A program made the position numbers and the translations under genes. Under the pieces are notes generated by a model. That model ran no database searches. It was not told the DNA's origin and was given only the letters and a program-made list of their open reading frames with translations. 64,000 nucleotides of DNA from the NCBI GenBank assembly GCA_035360515.1, contig DAOSAY010000006.1, forward strand, positions 11,381 to 75,380, in the 5' to 3' direction. This document shows, in pieces, positions 10,233 through 20,391 of the stretch (positions are counted from its first letter, which is position 1; the number at the start of each line of letters is the position of its first letter). This DNA comes from Bacteroidales bacterium (GTDB taxonomy: Bacteria; Bacteroidota; Bacteroidia; Bacteroidales; VadinHA17).

Positions 10233-11539
10233 TGAGTTCTTTTATTGTTCATGGAGGCAGGTCGCTTAAAGGTGAAATAACGCCTCAGGGAGCAAAAAAT
10301 GAAGCCCTGCAGGTAATATGTGCCTCCATGCTAACATCCCACAAGGTTACTATTCAAAATATTCCCCGCATACTCGATGTCGAAAATCTGATTGACCTTG
10401 TCAGTTCTCTGGGGGTCAAGGTCACAAAAGAGTCATCTGGTTCCACCGTAACATTTGAAGCCACCTCGCTGAATCCGGACAATTTAAAGGATCCGGGTCT
10501 GATTGAAAAGGGCCAGCGTATACGTGGTTCAATAATGATTGCGGGTCCTCTGCTGGCACGATGCGGTAAAGTATTCGTTCCCACACCGGGAGGTGACAAA
10601 ATAGGAAGGCGACGTCTCGACACCCACTTTACAGGTCTCATAAAACTGGGCGCAACAGTTAGCCATAATAATGCTGATCACTATTATACCCTTGAGGCAA
10701 AAAGGCTCAAGGGCAACTATATTCTTCTTGATGAAGCCTCCGTGACGGGAACTGCCAACATTATCATGGCAGCCGTACTGGCTGAAGGAAAGACCACAAT
10801 TTACAATGCAGCCTGCGAACCCTATATCCAGCAGCTGTGCAGAATGCTGGTGAGAATGGGTGCAAAAATTGATGGGATAGGCTCCAATCTCCTTACTATT
10901 GAAGGAGTTAAGGAGCTACAGGGCTGCACTCACACCCTCCTGCCCGACATGATTGAAACGGGTTCTTTCATCGGCATGGCAGTAATGACAGAATCGGAAC
11001 TGACAATAAAAAATGTATCCTGGGATAATCTTGGAATAATTCCCGATTCATTTCGCAAACTAGGAATAACACTTGAGAAAAGAGGCGATGATATATTCAT
11101 ACCCCGTCATGAACATTACCGGATCGAATCTTTCATGGACGGTTCAATTATGACCATTTCGGATGCTATCTGGCCGGGGCTGACACCCGACCTGCTCAGT
11201 GTTTTTCTGGTAACGGCCACCCAGGCCGACGGAGCTGTACTGATACACCAGAAAATGTTTGAAAGCAGGTTGTTTTTTGTTGACCGCCTTATAGATATGG
11301 GCGCTCAGATAATACTATGCGATCCGCACCGGGCAACGGTTATAGGACTCAACAGAAAAGTCAGGCTGCGGCCTACGGTGATGACATCACCTGACATAAG
11401 GGCCGGTATTGCCCTGCTCATTGCTGCCATGTCGGCCGACGGTACAAGTGTGATTCATAATGTCGACCAGATTGACAGGGGCTACGAAAATATCGATACC
11501 CGTCTTAATGCTCTGGGTGCTGACATCCGGAGAATCTGA
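10229..11539 (+). CDS. murA: UDP-N-acetylglucosamine 1-carboxyvinyltransferase
   Basis: 436 aa. N-terminal GxxxLxGEIxxxGAKNEALQ and full-length EPSP-synthase/MurA fold pattern. Confidence 0.93.
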   Translation: MMSSFIVHGGRSLKGEITPQGAKNEALQVICASMLTSHKVTIQNIPRILDVENLIDLVSSLGVKVTKESSGSTVTFEATSLNPDNLKDPGLIEKGQRIRGSIMIAGPLLARCGKVFVPTPGGDKIGRRRLDTHFTGLIKLGATVSHNNADHYYTLEAKRLKGNYILLDEASVTGTANIIMAAVLAEGKTTIYNAACEPYIQQLCRMLVRMGAKIDGIGSNLLTIEGVKELQGCTHTLLPDMIETGSFIGMAVMTESELTIKNVSWDNLGIIPDSFRKLGITLEKRGDDIFIPRHEHYRIESFMDGSIMTISDAIWPGLTPDLLSVFLVTATQADGAVLIHQKMFESRLFFVDRLIDMGAQIILCDPHRATVIGLNRKVRLRPTVMTSPDIRAGIALLIAAMSADGTSVIHNVDQIDRGYENIDTRLNALGADIRRI

Positions 11540-11660
11540 AAAAAATAATTTTATCTTTATCAACTTTCTTTACTGTCAAATTGGCAATAATTTGCAATTG
11601 GCAGGTAATTTGATGAAATACGTTTATTAAAAACCCAACATATTTTTAAACCTTTGAGAA

Positions 11661-12326
11661 ATGACAAAGAGAAAGCATACTGAAGGGAAAAAGGAGACTG
11701 AAGAACTCAAAGAAAAAACAACAAAGAACGCCAATAATACTGAAGAAGAAAAAATTGAAATGAATGAACAACCTGCTGAAGAAGCGGTTGAGACCACTGT
11801 TGAACAACCTGTGGCTGAATCTGCTGCCATGCCTGAAAAACAGGAAGGAGAACCTGTACAAGTTGAGGAATCAATATCAAGGGAGGCAGAGCTTCTCGAT
11901 GAGGTTGCAAAATGGAAAGATGATTACATACGGCTGATGGCAGAGTTCGACAATTACCGCAAGAGAACCCTTAAGGAAAAAATAGACCTGACAAAAAGTG
12001 CGGGAGAAAACATCCTTAAGGGACTTTTGCCGATTGTTGACGACTTCGAAAGAGCATTAAAAGCTCTGGAAAATTCAGCCGACAGCAGTAATATTAAAGA
12101 GGGTATTGAACTCATATATAACAAATTTATTGAATTTCTCAAGCAGCAGGGGCTCAGAGAAATTGAAGCCCTCAACTGTGAATTCAACGTCGACCTTCAT
12201 GAGGCAGTAAACAAAGTAGCAGTTGAGGATGAATCGCTGAAAGGGAAAGTCATTGAAGTTCTTCAAAAAGGCTATTATCTTAACGATAAAGTAATAAGGT
12301 TCTCAAAAGTTGTTGTGGGTGAATAG
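11661..12326 (+). CDS. grpE: nucleotide exchange factor GrpE
   Basis: 221 aa. Acidic low-complexity N-terminus, then the GrpE core (RLMAEFDNYRKRT..GYYLNDKVIRFSKVVV). Located immediately upstream of dnaJ. Confidence 0.93.
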   Translation: MTKRKHTEGKKETEELKEKTTKNANNTEEEKIEMNEQPAEEAVETTVEQPVAESAAMPEKQEGEPVQVEESISREAELLDEVAKWKDDYIRLMAEFDNYRKRTLKEKIDLTKSAGENILKGLLPIVDDFERALKALENSADSSNIKEGIELIYNKFIEFLKQQGLREIEALNCEFNVDLHEAVNKVAVEDESLKGKVIEVLQKGYYLNDKVIRFSKVVVGE

Positions 12327-12338
12327 TATCAGGTAAGG

Positions 12339-13484
12339 ATGACAAAAAAAGATTACTACGAAATACTTGGTGTTCCGCGAAATGCTTCCAAAGAGGAAAT
12401 AAAAAAGGCCTACAGGAAGCTTGCGCTGAAGTATCATCCCGACCGTAACCCGGGCAATAAAGAGGCAGAGGAAAAATTTAAAGAGGCTGCAGAAGCCTAT
12501 GAGGTATTGTCGGATGATGAGAAAAGAAGGATTTACGACCAGTACGGCCATGCCGGTCTGGGTGCTCCGGGTAGCGGCTTCAGCGGAGGGATGACTATTG
12601 AAGATATTTTTGCATCCTTTGGTGACATCTTTGAAGATGCTTTTGGCTTTAGCGGTTTCGGAACCAGCAGCAGGAGGTCGAGACGCGTTAATAAAGGGAC
12701 CAACCTCAGGGTGAAGGTAAAACTCGACCTTAACGAAATAGCCTACGGCGCCGAAAAAAAGATAAAAGTAAGAAAATATGTCACCTGCCCTGCCTGTGAT
12801 GGTACCGGTGCTGCCGACTCAAGAAGCTATTCCGACTGCCCGACATGCAGGGGTACCGGACACGTAACAAGAATAACCAGCACATTCCTTGGCCAGATGC
12901 AGACAACCTCCACCTGCCCTTCATGCGGCGGTGAAGGCAAAATAATAACCAGAAAATGCTCCTCCTGTTACGGAGAAGGCGTTGTCGAAAAAGAAGAAAT
13001 CATTAGCATAAATATTCCAGCAGGAGTATCCAAAGGTATGCAGCTTACCCTCAGCGGCAAGGGCAATGCAGCCCGCAGAGGCGGAATACCGGGCGACCTC
13101 TATGTACTTATCGAGGAAGAACCCCACCCTGAACTGATAAGGGAAGGTAACGACTTGATATACAACCTTTTCATAAGCATCCCCGATGCTATAACCGGCT
13201 GCTATGCCGAAATACCAACAATTGACGGTCAGGTAAAAATAAAAATAGAACCCGGAACCCAGCCAGGGAAAATACTCCGCCTGCGTGGCAAAGGTCTGCC
13301 CGATGTAAACGGATACGGACGAGGAGACCTGCTTGTGAATGTCAACGTCTGGATACCCAAAAACCTCAGCAGGGAAGACATGAAAATTGTCGAAAAACTC
13401 AAAGAATCAGGCGCTTTCACCCCACGCCCCGACAAAGACGATAAGGGATTCTTCGAAAGAATGAGAAGTTATTTCAATAAATAA
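12339..13484 (+). CDS. dnaJ: molecular chaperone DnaJ
   Basis: J-domain with HPD (KYHPDRNP), G/F-rich linker, and four CxxCxG zinc-finger repeats. Confidence 0.95.
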   Translation: MTKKDYYEILGVPRNASKEEIKKAYRKLALKYHPDRNPGNKEAEEKFKEAAEAYEVLSDDEKRRIYDQYGHAGLGAPGSGFSGGMTIEDIFASFGDIFEDAFGFSGFGTSSRRSRRVNKGTNLRVKVKLDLNEIAYGAEKKIKVRKYVTCPACDGTGAADSRSYSDCPTCRGTGHVTRITSTFLGQMQTTSTCPSCGGEGKIITRKCSSCYGEGVVEKEEIISINIPAGVSKGMQLTLSGKGNAARRGGIPGDLYVLIEEEPHPELIREGNDLIYNLFISIPDAITGCYAEIPTIDGQVKIKIEPGTQPGKILRLRGKGLPDVNGYGRGDLLVNVNVWIPKNLSREDMKIVEKLKESGAFTPRPDKDDKGFFERMRSYFNK

Positions 13485-13663
13485 CCCCGTAAAATTTTCC
13501 GGTAAGATGCAGCACCGGAACAACTTCTGAAGTCATTAATGTATCACGGCAAAACTGTTTAAATCAATTCAGAAAACCGGAGACTATTTAAAACAAAGGA
13601 AAAGTTTTGTTTTTCATATTTAACTATATTTAACCTCCCTTTTAAAACAAATTTTTAGGATCT

Positions 13664-14587
13664 ATGATAATTTTCGAAGCAAGAAATGTATCAAAGCAAT
13701 ACGGGAGTACATTGGCACTGAACAATCTGAGCATCTCGGTCCCGAAGCAATCCATTTATGGCCTGCTGGGTCCGAACGGTGCCGGAAAAACGACTCTTAT
13801 CCGCATCATTAACCAGATAACCGGGCCTGATTCGGGCGAGCTCCTGCTTGAAGGAAGGAAACTGAGGCAGGACGATATTTATGAAATCGGATACCTCCCT
13901 GAAGAGAGGGGGCTTTACAAAAAAATGAAAGTGGGTGAACAGGCACTTTACTTCGCAAGACTCAAAGGCATTTCGAAAGCAGAAGCTATGAAAAGACTCC
14001 GGTACTGGTTCAAAAAACTCGAAATGACCGACTGGTGGAATAAAAAGGTTGAAGAACTTTCGAAAGGAATGGCACAGAAAGTTCAATTTGTCACAACCGT
14101 ACTTCACGAGCCAAAACTTATCATCCTCGATGAACCTTTTACAGGCTTCGACCCGGTAAATGCCAGTATCATCAAGAATGAAATTCTCTTTCTCAGGGAT
14201 CGGGGTGCAACAATACTTCTCTCCACACACGATATGGCATCGGTTGAAGAACTTTGCGACAATATAACTCTTATCGACCATGGAATGTCAATGCTGGAAG
14301 GAAAGGTGGATGAAATACGCCGGGCATGGGCAGGTAATGAATACTCAGTAACCTTCGAGGGTAATATCAGAGTGCCTGAAAATGGTAATTTTCAAATATT
14401 GCATACCGATAATGAAGACAATAAGACCACTGTAAAAATTAAATGCCTGAAAGACATCTCAACAAATGAGATCCTTTCCGAACTTATGAAATCAGGTAAT
14501 ATAATTGCCTTCAACCCGGCTCTGCCCTCTATGAATGATATTTTTATAAGAGTAGTAAAATCCAAAAACGGAATGCCTGTCAACTAA
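13664..14587 (+). CDS. ABC transporter ATP-binding protein (ABC-2/NatA-like)
   Basis: Walker A GPNGAGKTT, signature LSKGMAQK, Walker B LIILDEP. Followed by an ABC-2 permease. Confidence 0.9.
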   Translation: MIIFEARNVSKQYGSTLALNNLSISVPKQSIYGLLGPNGAGKTTLIRIINQITGPDSGELLLEGRKLRQDDIYEIGYLPEERGLYKKMKVGEQALYFARLKGISKAEAMKRLRYWFKKLEMTDWWNKKVEELSKGMAQKVQFVTTVLHEPKLIILDEPFTGFDPVNASIIKNEILFLRDRGATILLSTHDMASVEELCDNITLIDHGMSMLEGKVDEIRRAWAGNEYSVTFEGNIRVPENGNFQILHTDNEDNKTTVKIKCLKDISTNEILSELMKSGNIIAFNPALPSMNDIFIRVVKSKNGMPVN

Positions 14588-14605
14588 CCACAGATAAAAA
14601 AAGTT

Positions 14606-15970
14606 ATGAGCAAAATATCAGTTATCATTGAGCGTGAATATATTACAAGGGTCAGAAAGAAGTCGTTCATTATCATGACCATACTGGCTCCTGTATTGCT
14701 GGCACTTTTCATTGTTGTCCCGTCGCTTATTATGATGAACCAGGACACCGAAATGAAAAAAATAGCAGTAGTAGAAGACGGGACAGACCTGTTCAAGAAT
14801 GCAATTCCCAATATCAAGAATACCGAGTTTGTATACCTTGGAAACGTCAAACTGGAAGAGATCAAAAACAATTTTGAACAGGCAGGATATTACGGTATAC
14901 TCTATATCTCACCTGAAGTAATTCATGTACCAGAAGCAGTACAGCTTATCTCAAGAAAACAACCTCCTATTCTGCTGCTCGAGCATATCGAAAATTCCCT
15001 TGAAAAAGAGATTGAACGCCAGAAACTGCTCTCATATAAAATTGAAAATCTCGATGAGATTATGAAAAATGTCAGAACCAGAGTATCGGTTCAGACGATA
15101 AAGATTGATGAAAGCGGGAATGTTAAAGAAACGAGTACCGGAGTTGCAATGGTACTGGCATATATTACCAGTTTTGTTATGTATTTCCTTGTATTTGTTT
15201 TTGGTGCCCAGGTAATGCGGGGTGTAATTGAAGAAAAAACCAGCAGGGTGGTTGAGGTTATTATTTCATCAGTGAAACCCATACAGCTAATGATGGGTAA
15301 AATTATTGGCCTGGCGCTTGTAGGCCTTACACAGTTCCTGATATGGATAATTCTAACTTTTGCAATAATAACTGCGGTAAAATCGGCATTGATACCCGAA
15401 CAAAAAATTACGGAAGCGGTTCAAAGCATACCGCAGGACATCATGTCGCAAAATGCTGCCGCAGCAATGCAAACCACAACAGTCACTACTACAGAACCAG
15501 TACAGGCATCTGAGTTTATTAAAATATTCAATTCGGCACTCAACCAGCCATGGGGGCTAATAATATTCTGCTTTATTTACTATTTCATTACAGGTTATCT
15601 TCTGTATGCTTCGGTTTTTGCAGCGGTGGGTTCTGCAGTTGATAATGAGACAGAGACGCAGCAGTTCATGCTTCCTATAACACTGCCTGTGATACTCGGT
15701 CTGTTTGTCGCCATGAGTACAATGCAGAACCCTGAAAGCTCAATGGCGTTCTGGTTTTCAATTATACCTTTCACCTCTCCGATAGTTATGATGGCAAGAA
15801 TACCTTTTGGTGTTCCCCTGTGGGAAATTGCCCTTTCAATGTTCCTTATGGCAGTCACTTTTATTATCTTTGTATGGATGTCAGCAAAGATTTACCGTAC
15901 CGGTATTCTTATGTACGGTAAAAAATCTTCCTGGAAAGAGATATGGAAATGGCTGACTTACAAAGGATAA
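14606..15970 (+). CDS. ABC-2 type transporter permease (NatB/YhaP-like)
   Basis: 454 aa. TM1, then a large extracytoplasmic loop, then a cluster of 5-6 TM segments. Adjacent to the ATPase gene. Confidence 0.75.
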   Translation: MSKISVIIEREYITRVRKKSFIIMTILAPVLLALFIVVPSLIMMNQDTEMKKIAVVEDGTDLFKNAIPNIKNTEFVYLGNVKLEEIKNNFEQAGYYGILYISPEVIHVPEAVQLISRKQPPILLLEHIENSLEKEIERQKLLSYKIENLDEIMKNVRTRVSVQTIKIDESGNVKETSTGVAMVLAYITSFVMYFLVFVFGAQVMRGVIEEKTSRVVEVIISSVKPIQLMMGKIIGLALVGLTQFLIWIILTFAIITAVKSALIPEQKITEAVQSIPQDIMSQNAAAAMQTTTVTTTEPVQASEFIKIFNSALNQPWGLIIFCFIYYFITGYLLYASVFAAVGSAVDNETETQQFMLPITLPVILGLFVAMSTMQNPESSMAFWFSIIPFTSPIVMMARIPFGVPLWEIALSMFLMAVTFIIFVWMSAKIYRTGILMYGKKSSWKEIWKWLTYKG

Positions 15971-15999
15971 TTTCTCATTAAAACAAGCATTGAAGCCAG

Positions 16000-17175
16000 A
16001 TGCCCAGAATTCTAGTTATCGATGATGAAAAGTCTATCCGGAACACGCTGAAGGAAGTTCTGGAATACGAGAATCACGAGGTTGACCTGGCAGAAGATGG
16101 ACCGTCGGGCATAGAGCTTTTTTCAAATAATGCCTACGATATCGTTCTGTGCGATATCAAAATGGCAAAAATGGACGGCATTGAAGTACTGGAAAAGATA
16201 CTTGAAATTTCGCCCGACACACCGGTTATAATGATATCGGGCCATGGAAACATCGACACTGCCGTTGAATCGATTAAAAAAGGGGCATACGATTTTCTTG
16301 AGAAACCACTCGACCTGAACCGTCTGCTCATCACTATACGAAATGCAACCGACAAATCGAGGCTGGTAACCCAGACAAAGGTTTTGAAGAACAAGGTGAG
16401 CAAGATGTACGAAATTGTTGGTCAATCGCCTGCCATACTTCAGGTTAAGGAAATGATTGACAGGGTTGCTCCCACTGAAGCCAGAGTGCTCATTACCGGT
16501 GCAAGCGGTACCGGCAAAGAGCTGGTTGCCCACCAGATTCATGAAAAAAGCAACAGGGCAAAAGGGCCGTTCGTTGAAGTTAACTGCGCAGCAATACCTT
16601 CCGAACTTATTGAGAGTGAACTATTTGGTCATGAGAAGGGCTCTTTTACCTCGGCTATAAGACAACGGATAGGGAAATTTGAACAGGCAAACGGAGGTAC
16701 ACTATTCCTCGATGAAATAGGCGATATGAGCCTGTCGGCACAATCAAAAGTGCTCAGGGCCCTGCAGGAAAACAAGATCACCAGAGTGGGCTCCGACAAA
16801 GACATACATGTTAATGTAAGGGTAATTGCCGCAACAAATAAAAACCTGCTGAAAGAAATTGAACAAAACACTTTCAGGGAGGACCTTTACCACCGACTCA
16901 GTGTAATACTAATCCATGTGCCTACCCTTAATGAGCGCCTGGAAGATATACCGATGCTTGCAGAACATTTCAATACCCTTATCTGCAACGAGTATGGCAT
17001 GAGTAAGAAGATTATTACCGATGATGCCATAAAAGAACTTCAGAAAATACAATGGAGAGGAAATGTAAGAGAGTTCCGGAATGTGCTTGAACGACTGATT
17101 ATTCTATGCAAAGACAGGATTACAGGGAAAGATGTTATCGCCTACGCGCATCCGGTTTCGGGACTAAAACTTTAA
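16000..17175 (+). CDS. sigma-54-interacting response regulator (receiver + AAA+ domains, no C-terminal HTH)
   Basis: Receiver domain (ILVIDDE..LCDIKMAKMDG). AAA+ Walker A GASGTGKE and Walker B LFLDEI. The GAFTGA position reads GSFTSA (16639-16656). The protein ends about 25 aa after NVREFRNVLERL, so no Fis-type HTH is present. Confidence 0.85.
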   Translation: MPRILVIDDEKSIRNTLKEVLEYENHEVDLAEDGPSGIELFSNNAYDIVLCDIKMAKMDGIEVLEKILEISPDTPVIMISGHGNIDTAVESIKKGAYDFLEKPLDLNRLLITIRNATDKSRLVTQTKVLKNKVSKMYEIVGQSPAILQVKEMIDRVAPTEARVLITGASGTGKELVAHQIHEKSNRAKGPFVEVNCAAIPSELIESELFGHEKGSFTSAIRQRIGKFEQANGGTLFLDEIGDMSLSAQSKVLRALQENKITRVGSDKDIHVNVRVIAATNKNLLKEIEQNTFREDLYHRLSVILIHVPTLNERLEDIPMLAEHFNTLICNEYGMSKKIITDDAIKELQKIQWRGNVREFRNVLERLIILCKDRITGKDVIAYAHPVSGLKL

Positions 17176-17244
17176 CAATATCTCAATTTTAATAACAGCC
17201 AATCAGTTTTTTAAGAACTTCGAGAAGATGGTTTTTTAAACCAT

Positions 17245-18798
17245 TCAGGTTTTCTTAGGTATTTTCAGTTTTTGTCCTGCCTGTATTTTTGAAGGATTAC
17301 TGATGTCGTTAGCCTTGAGAACTTCTGTAACAGTCACTCCCTCAAATTGTTTTACTATATCCCATATTGTATCTCCCCGCCGTACAGTATAGATAAAATA
17401 TTCACCATCGGTTATTTCGCTTCCTGACGCAGGCAATGCAGATGTTTGATTAACCGGAACAGGCGTTCCTCTCAGAGCCTGTTTTTCAGCAAAGGTCATA
17501 TCGTTAATCCTTGAGAAAAACTCAACTTTCGAAGGGTCAACAAACACAGCAATCTTCTGTCCAACTCTGATGGTATTGGTATACAGATCATTCCAGTACC
17601 TCAGGTCAGAAAGCCTTACTCTGTACCATTCCGCTATATATCCAAGGTTATCACCTTCTTTCACCGTATAATATAATTTTGTTTTGCCTGCGATGCTTTT
17701 TGGCGCATAATATGATCTGACCGGATAAACCTTTGCGGTAGCCCTGTTCAGATAAACATCAGACTTATAATGGATTATTGAATCCTGCATCTGAATGAAA
17801 CCGCTCAGTGCCGAAAGAGGAAGCCTCAGGGGTTGCGGTTTTGTATTACCAGGGATAAGGCCTGTCCTGTATTGTGGATTCATATAACGCAACTCATCCA
17901 GGCTTATTCCCATAACTTCAGAGATCTGATTCAGATGAATATCTTTGTGCACCATTATTGTATCGGTTGCCATCGGGATTTTCACAGGAAGAGGGCTGAT
18001 ATTATGTTCTTTATAATAATTAATAGCATATGTTGCAGCTACGAATTGAGGAATGTAACCGCGTGTTTCCCTTGGCAACCTGTAATATATTTCCCAGTAG
18101 TCCTTTCTGTTTCCGGAACGTGCTATGGCTTTGTTCACATTACCTGGCCCGCAGTTGTATGCTGCAATAACAAGTACCCAGTCGCCGAAAATGTTGTACA
18201 TATCTTTCAGGTAGCGGGCCGCTGCATGAGTAGCCTTTACAGGATCCCTGCGTTCATCCACCAGAGAGTTTATTGTTAATCCGTACATCCGCCCTGTGCT
18301 TGCCAGAAACTGCCATAAACCTGTCGCTCCTGCTCTTGATACGGCGTTTGGATTAAGTGCCGACTCTATAACTGCCATATACTTAAGTTCAACCGGCAGG
18401 CCGTACGATTCAAAAATATCTTCAATCATCGGAAAATAATAGTCAGCAAGTCCCAGAACAGCTCTCAAAACTTCCCTTTTCCTGTCGGTGTAAACATGAA
18501 TATGGTTCCGGATTATGTTGTTATACGGAAGATTAACCAGGGTGCTGATTTTTGAAAGGCGTTCACTATAAACTGAATCGGGAAATTCCGGTATAACTTC
18601 TTCCATAGTGTCAGCGGGTAAATTCATAAAAGCCGTCTGCACATACCATGTATGTAAAAGGCTATCGAGATCCCGTGCAACACGTTCTGTATCTGCAGTG
18701 TCGGATTTTATTATTATTGTGTCATTAATCTGCTGTGCAAAAACTGACACCGGAAAAAACAATATTGCAATAATACTTATTAATTTACTCATAATCAA
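17245..18798 (-). CDS. lytic transglycosylase (MltD-like) with C-terminal LysM domains
   Basis: SLT motif ESALNPNAVSRAGATGLWQF and two LysM repeats (YTVKEGDNLGYIAEWY, YTVRRGDTIWDIVKQF). Signal peptide ends VFA/QQ. Confidence 0.85.
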   Translation of the reverse strand: MIMSKLISIIAILFFPVSVFAQQINDTIIIKSDTADTERVARDLDSLLHTWYVQTAFMNLPADTMEEVIPEFPDSVYSERLSKISTLVNLPYNNIIRNHIHVYTDRKREVLRAVLGLADYYFPMIEDIFESYGLPVELKYMAVIESALNPNAVSRAGATGLWQFLASTGRMYGLTINSLVDERRDPVKATHAAARYLKDMYNIFGDWVLVIAAYNCGPGNVNKAIARSGNRKDYWEIYYRLPRETRGYIPQFVAATYAINYYKEHNISPLPVKIPMATDTIMVHKDIHLNQISEVMGISLDELRYMNPQYRTGLIPGNTKPQPLRLPLSALSGFIQMQDSIIHYKSDVYLNRATAKVYPVRSYYAPKSIAGKTKLYYTVKEGDNLGYIAEWYRVRLSDLRYWNDLYTNTIRVGQKIAVFVDPSKVEFFSRINDMTFAEKQALRGTPVPVNQTSALPASGSEITDGEYFIYTVRRGDTIWDIVKQFEGVTVTEVLKANDISNPSKIQAGQKLKIPKKT

Positions 18799-19517
18799 AA
18801 TGTTACTAATAATTTAACATTTATGCCGGCTCCCACAAAGTTATATAAAGGTATCTTAACCGGCTCAATCTTCAATGCAAGGCTTTCGCTTATATCATAG
18901 TCGAACAGGCTGGCATCGACGCTGGCATCAAGAATAGTAAATAGATACCATGCTGCGATGCCAATATACGAAAGATCCCTGTATTTTTTGAAATAATCGA
19001 TTTGTCTCATCATCTGGTCCTTTATCCATGATGCAGTTGAGAGGTTATAGGTTGAAGGATGAAGAACGGGATCATATTCTTCGGGTTTTATATTACGGAT
19101 TAACTTAATATAACTGTCAGTTTCCGGGATCTCGTCTGTAAAATCCTGATATGCTTTTATATAAGTATTATACCATTTTGTATTGTAATATACTGCATAT
19201 CCAACCCCGCCAAAACCTGCATAAACAAAAGGCACCTTCCAGTACTTCCTGTTATAAATCTGTCCCAGTCCGGGAAAAGCTGCTGCTAGCATGGTGGCTT
19301 TTGTTGGGTCGGGAATGAATTTTCTTCTTTTGCCAGTTATAACCTGTACGGAATCCTGCGCTGCAGCCTGTTCTGAAACAAGAACTGCAAAGAGCAAAAC
19401 ACACAATAATAATCTATTGATGATCCCTTTCAATATATAGATTTTACTTTCCGGATTTTTTCCGGAAAATATAACGCAGCGGCAAATATAATTATTTTCA
19501 GGAGTTGAGACGGTCAA
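18795..19517 (-). CDS. DUF5683 domain-containing protein
   Basis: Block AFPGLGQIYNRKYWKVPFVYAGFGG. Located just downstream of parB, as is usual in Bacteroidota. The track start is a TTG overlapping parB. An internal TTG at 19433 (MKGIINRLLLCVLLFAVLV..AAA/Q) gives a clean signal peptide and may be the real start. Confidence 0.7.
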   Translation of the reverse strand: MTVSTPENNYICRCVIFSGKNPESKIYILKGIINRLLLCVLLFAVLVSEQAAAQDSVQVITGKRRKFIPDPTKATMLAAAFPGLGQIYNRKYWKVPFVYAGFGGVGYAVYYNTKWYNTYIKAYQDFTDEIPETDSYIKLIRNIKPEEYDPVLHPSTYNLSTASWIKDQMMRQIDYFKKYRDLSYIGIAAWYLFTILDASVDASLFDYDISESLALKIEPVKIPLYNFVGAGINVKLLVTF

Positions 19518-20379
19518 AAAGGCCTAAAATACGTTCCATCTCTTCAGGAGAATTGAACTGGATAACAATTTTACCCTTTCCTTTTTCATTAATCCTGAAG
19601 ACGACCTTTGATGAAAATATTCGTTCGAGATGTGCTGAAAGCTGCGCAAAATCTTCGTTAAGTTTCTTTTTCTTCTGTGCTTTAACAGGGTCTTTTAGGT
19701 CTTCCGACTGCAGAGTTCTTACCAGCTCTTCCGTTGCTCTTACTGAAAGGTCTTCGTCGATAATCTTATAGTAGACTTTTATCTGTTTTTTAGGATCTTC
19801 AATATTGATCAGGGTACGGGCATGGCCCATCGTTATCTGTTTGTTCTTTATTCCAAGCTGTATTTCGGGAGGCAGTTTAAGCAACCTCAGGTAGTTGGCA
19901 ACTGTCGACCGTTGTTTGCCGACTCTTTCACTGAGCTGTTCCTGGGTCAGTTTGCATTCTTCCACCAGTCTTGAATAGCTGATTGCAATATCAATGGCAT
20001 CCAGGTCTTCGCGCTGTATATTTTCAACAAGGGCAAGTTCAAGCATTGCCTGGTCGTCGGCAGTCCTGACAAATGCAGGAACATGCGTCAGGCCTGCCAT
20101 ACGGGCTGCTCTGAGTCTTCTTTCCCCGGCGATGAGCTGGTATCTTCCCGTTCCGGTTTCTCTTACCGTAAGTGGTTGTACAATACCCAGTTGCCTGATT
20201 GAAGCGGCAAGCTCCCCGAGCGCCTCCTCGTCGAACCTTGTACGGGGCTGAAAAGGATTGCTGTCAATCAGATCAACAGGTATCTGAAGATTTGGTTCCA
20301 CCTTTTTCTCAAGTGTCTCTTTGTCGATACCTTCAATAAGTGCTCCCAGTCCTCTGCCTAATGCATTCTTCTTTGTCAT
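19498..20379 (-). CDS. parB: chromosome partitioning protein ParB
   Basis: N-terminal GLGRGLGALI-type box and the LIAGERRLRAARMAG arginine patch, followed by an HTH region. Confidence 0.93.
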   Translation of the reverse strand: MTKKNALGRGLGALIEGIDKETLEKKVEPNLQIPVDLIDSNPFQPRTRFDEEALGELAASIRQLGIVQPLTVRETGTGRYQLIAGERRLRAARMAGLTHVPAFVRTADDQAMLELALVENIQREDLDAIDIAISYSRLVEECKLTQEQLSERVGKQRSTVANYLRLLKLPPEIQLGIKNKQITMGHARTLINIEDPKKQIKVYYKIIDEDLSVRATEELVRTLQSEDLKDPVKAQKKKKLNEDFAQLSAHLERIFSSKVVFRINEKGKGKIVIQFNSPEEMERILGLFDRLNS

Positions 20380-20391
20380 ATTATCGGGTAA

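Noticed and set aside
13691-14281. 196-aa ORF antisense to the ABC ATPase gene
   Set aside because: It lies wholly inside a well-supported gene on the other strand, has no recognisable motifs, and shows the Leu/Phe/Arg-rich composition typical of shadow frames.
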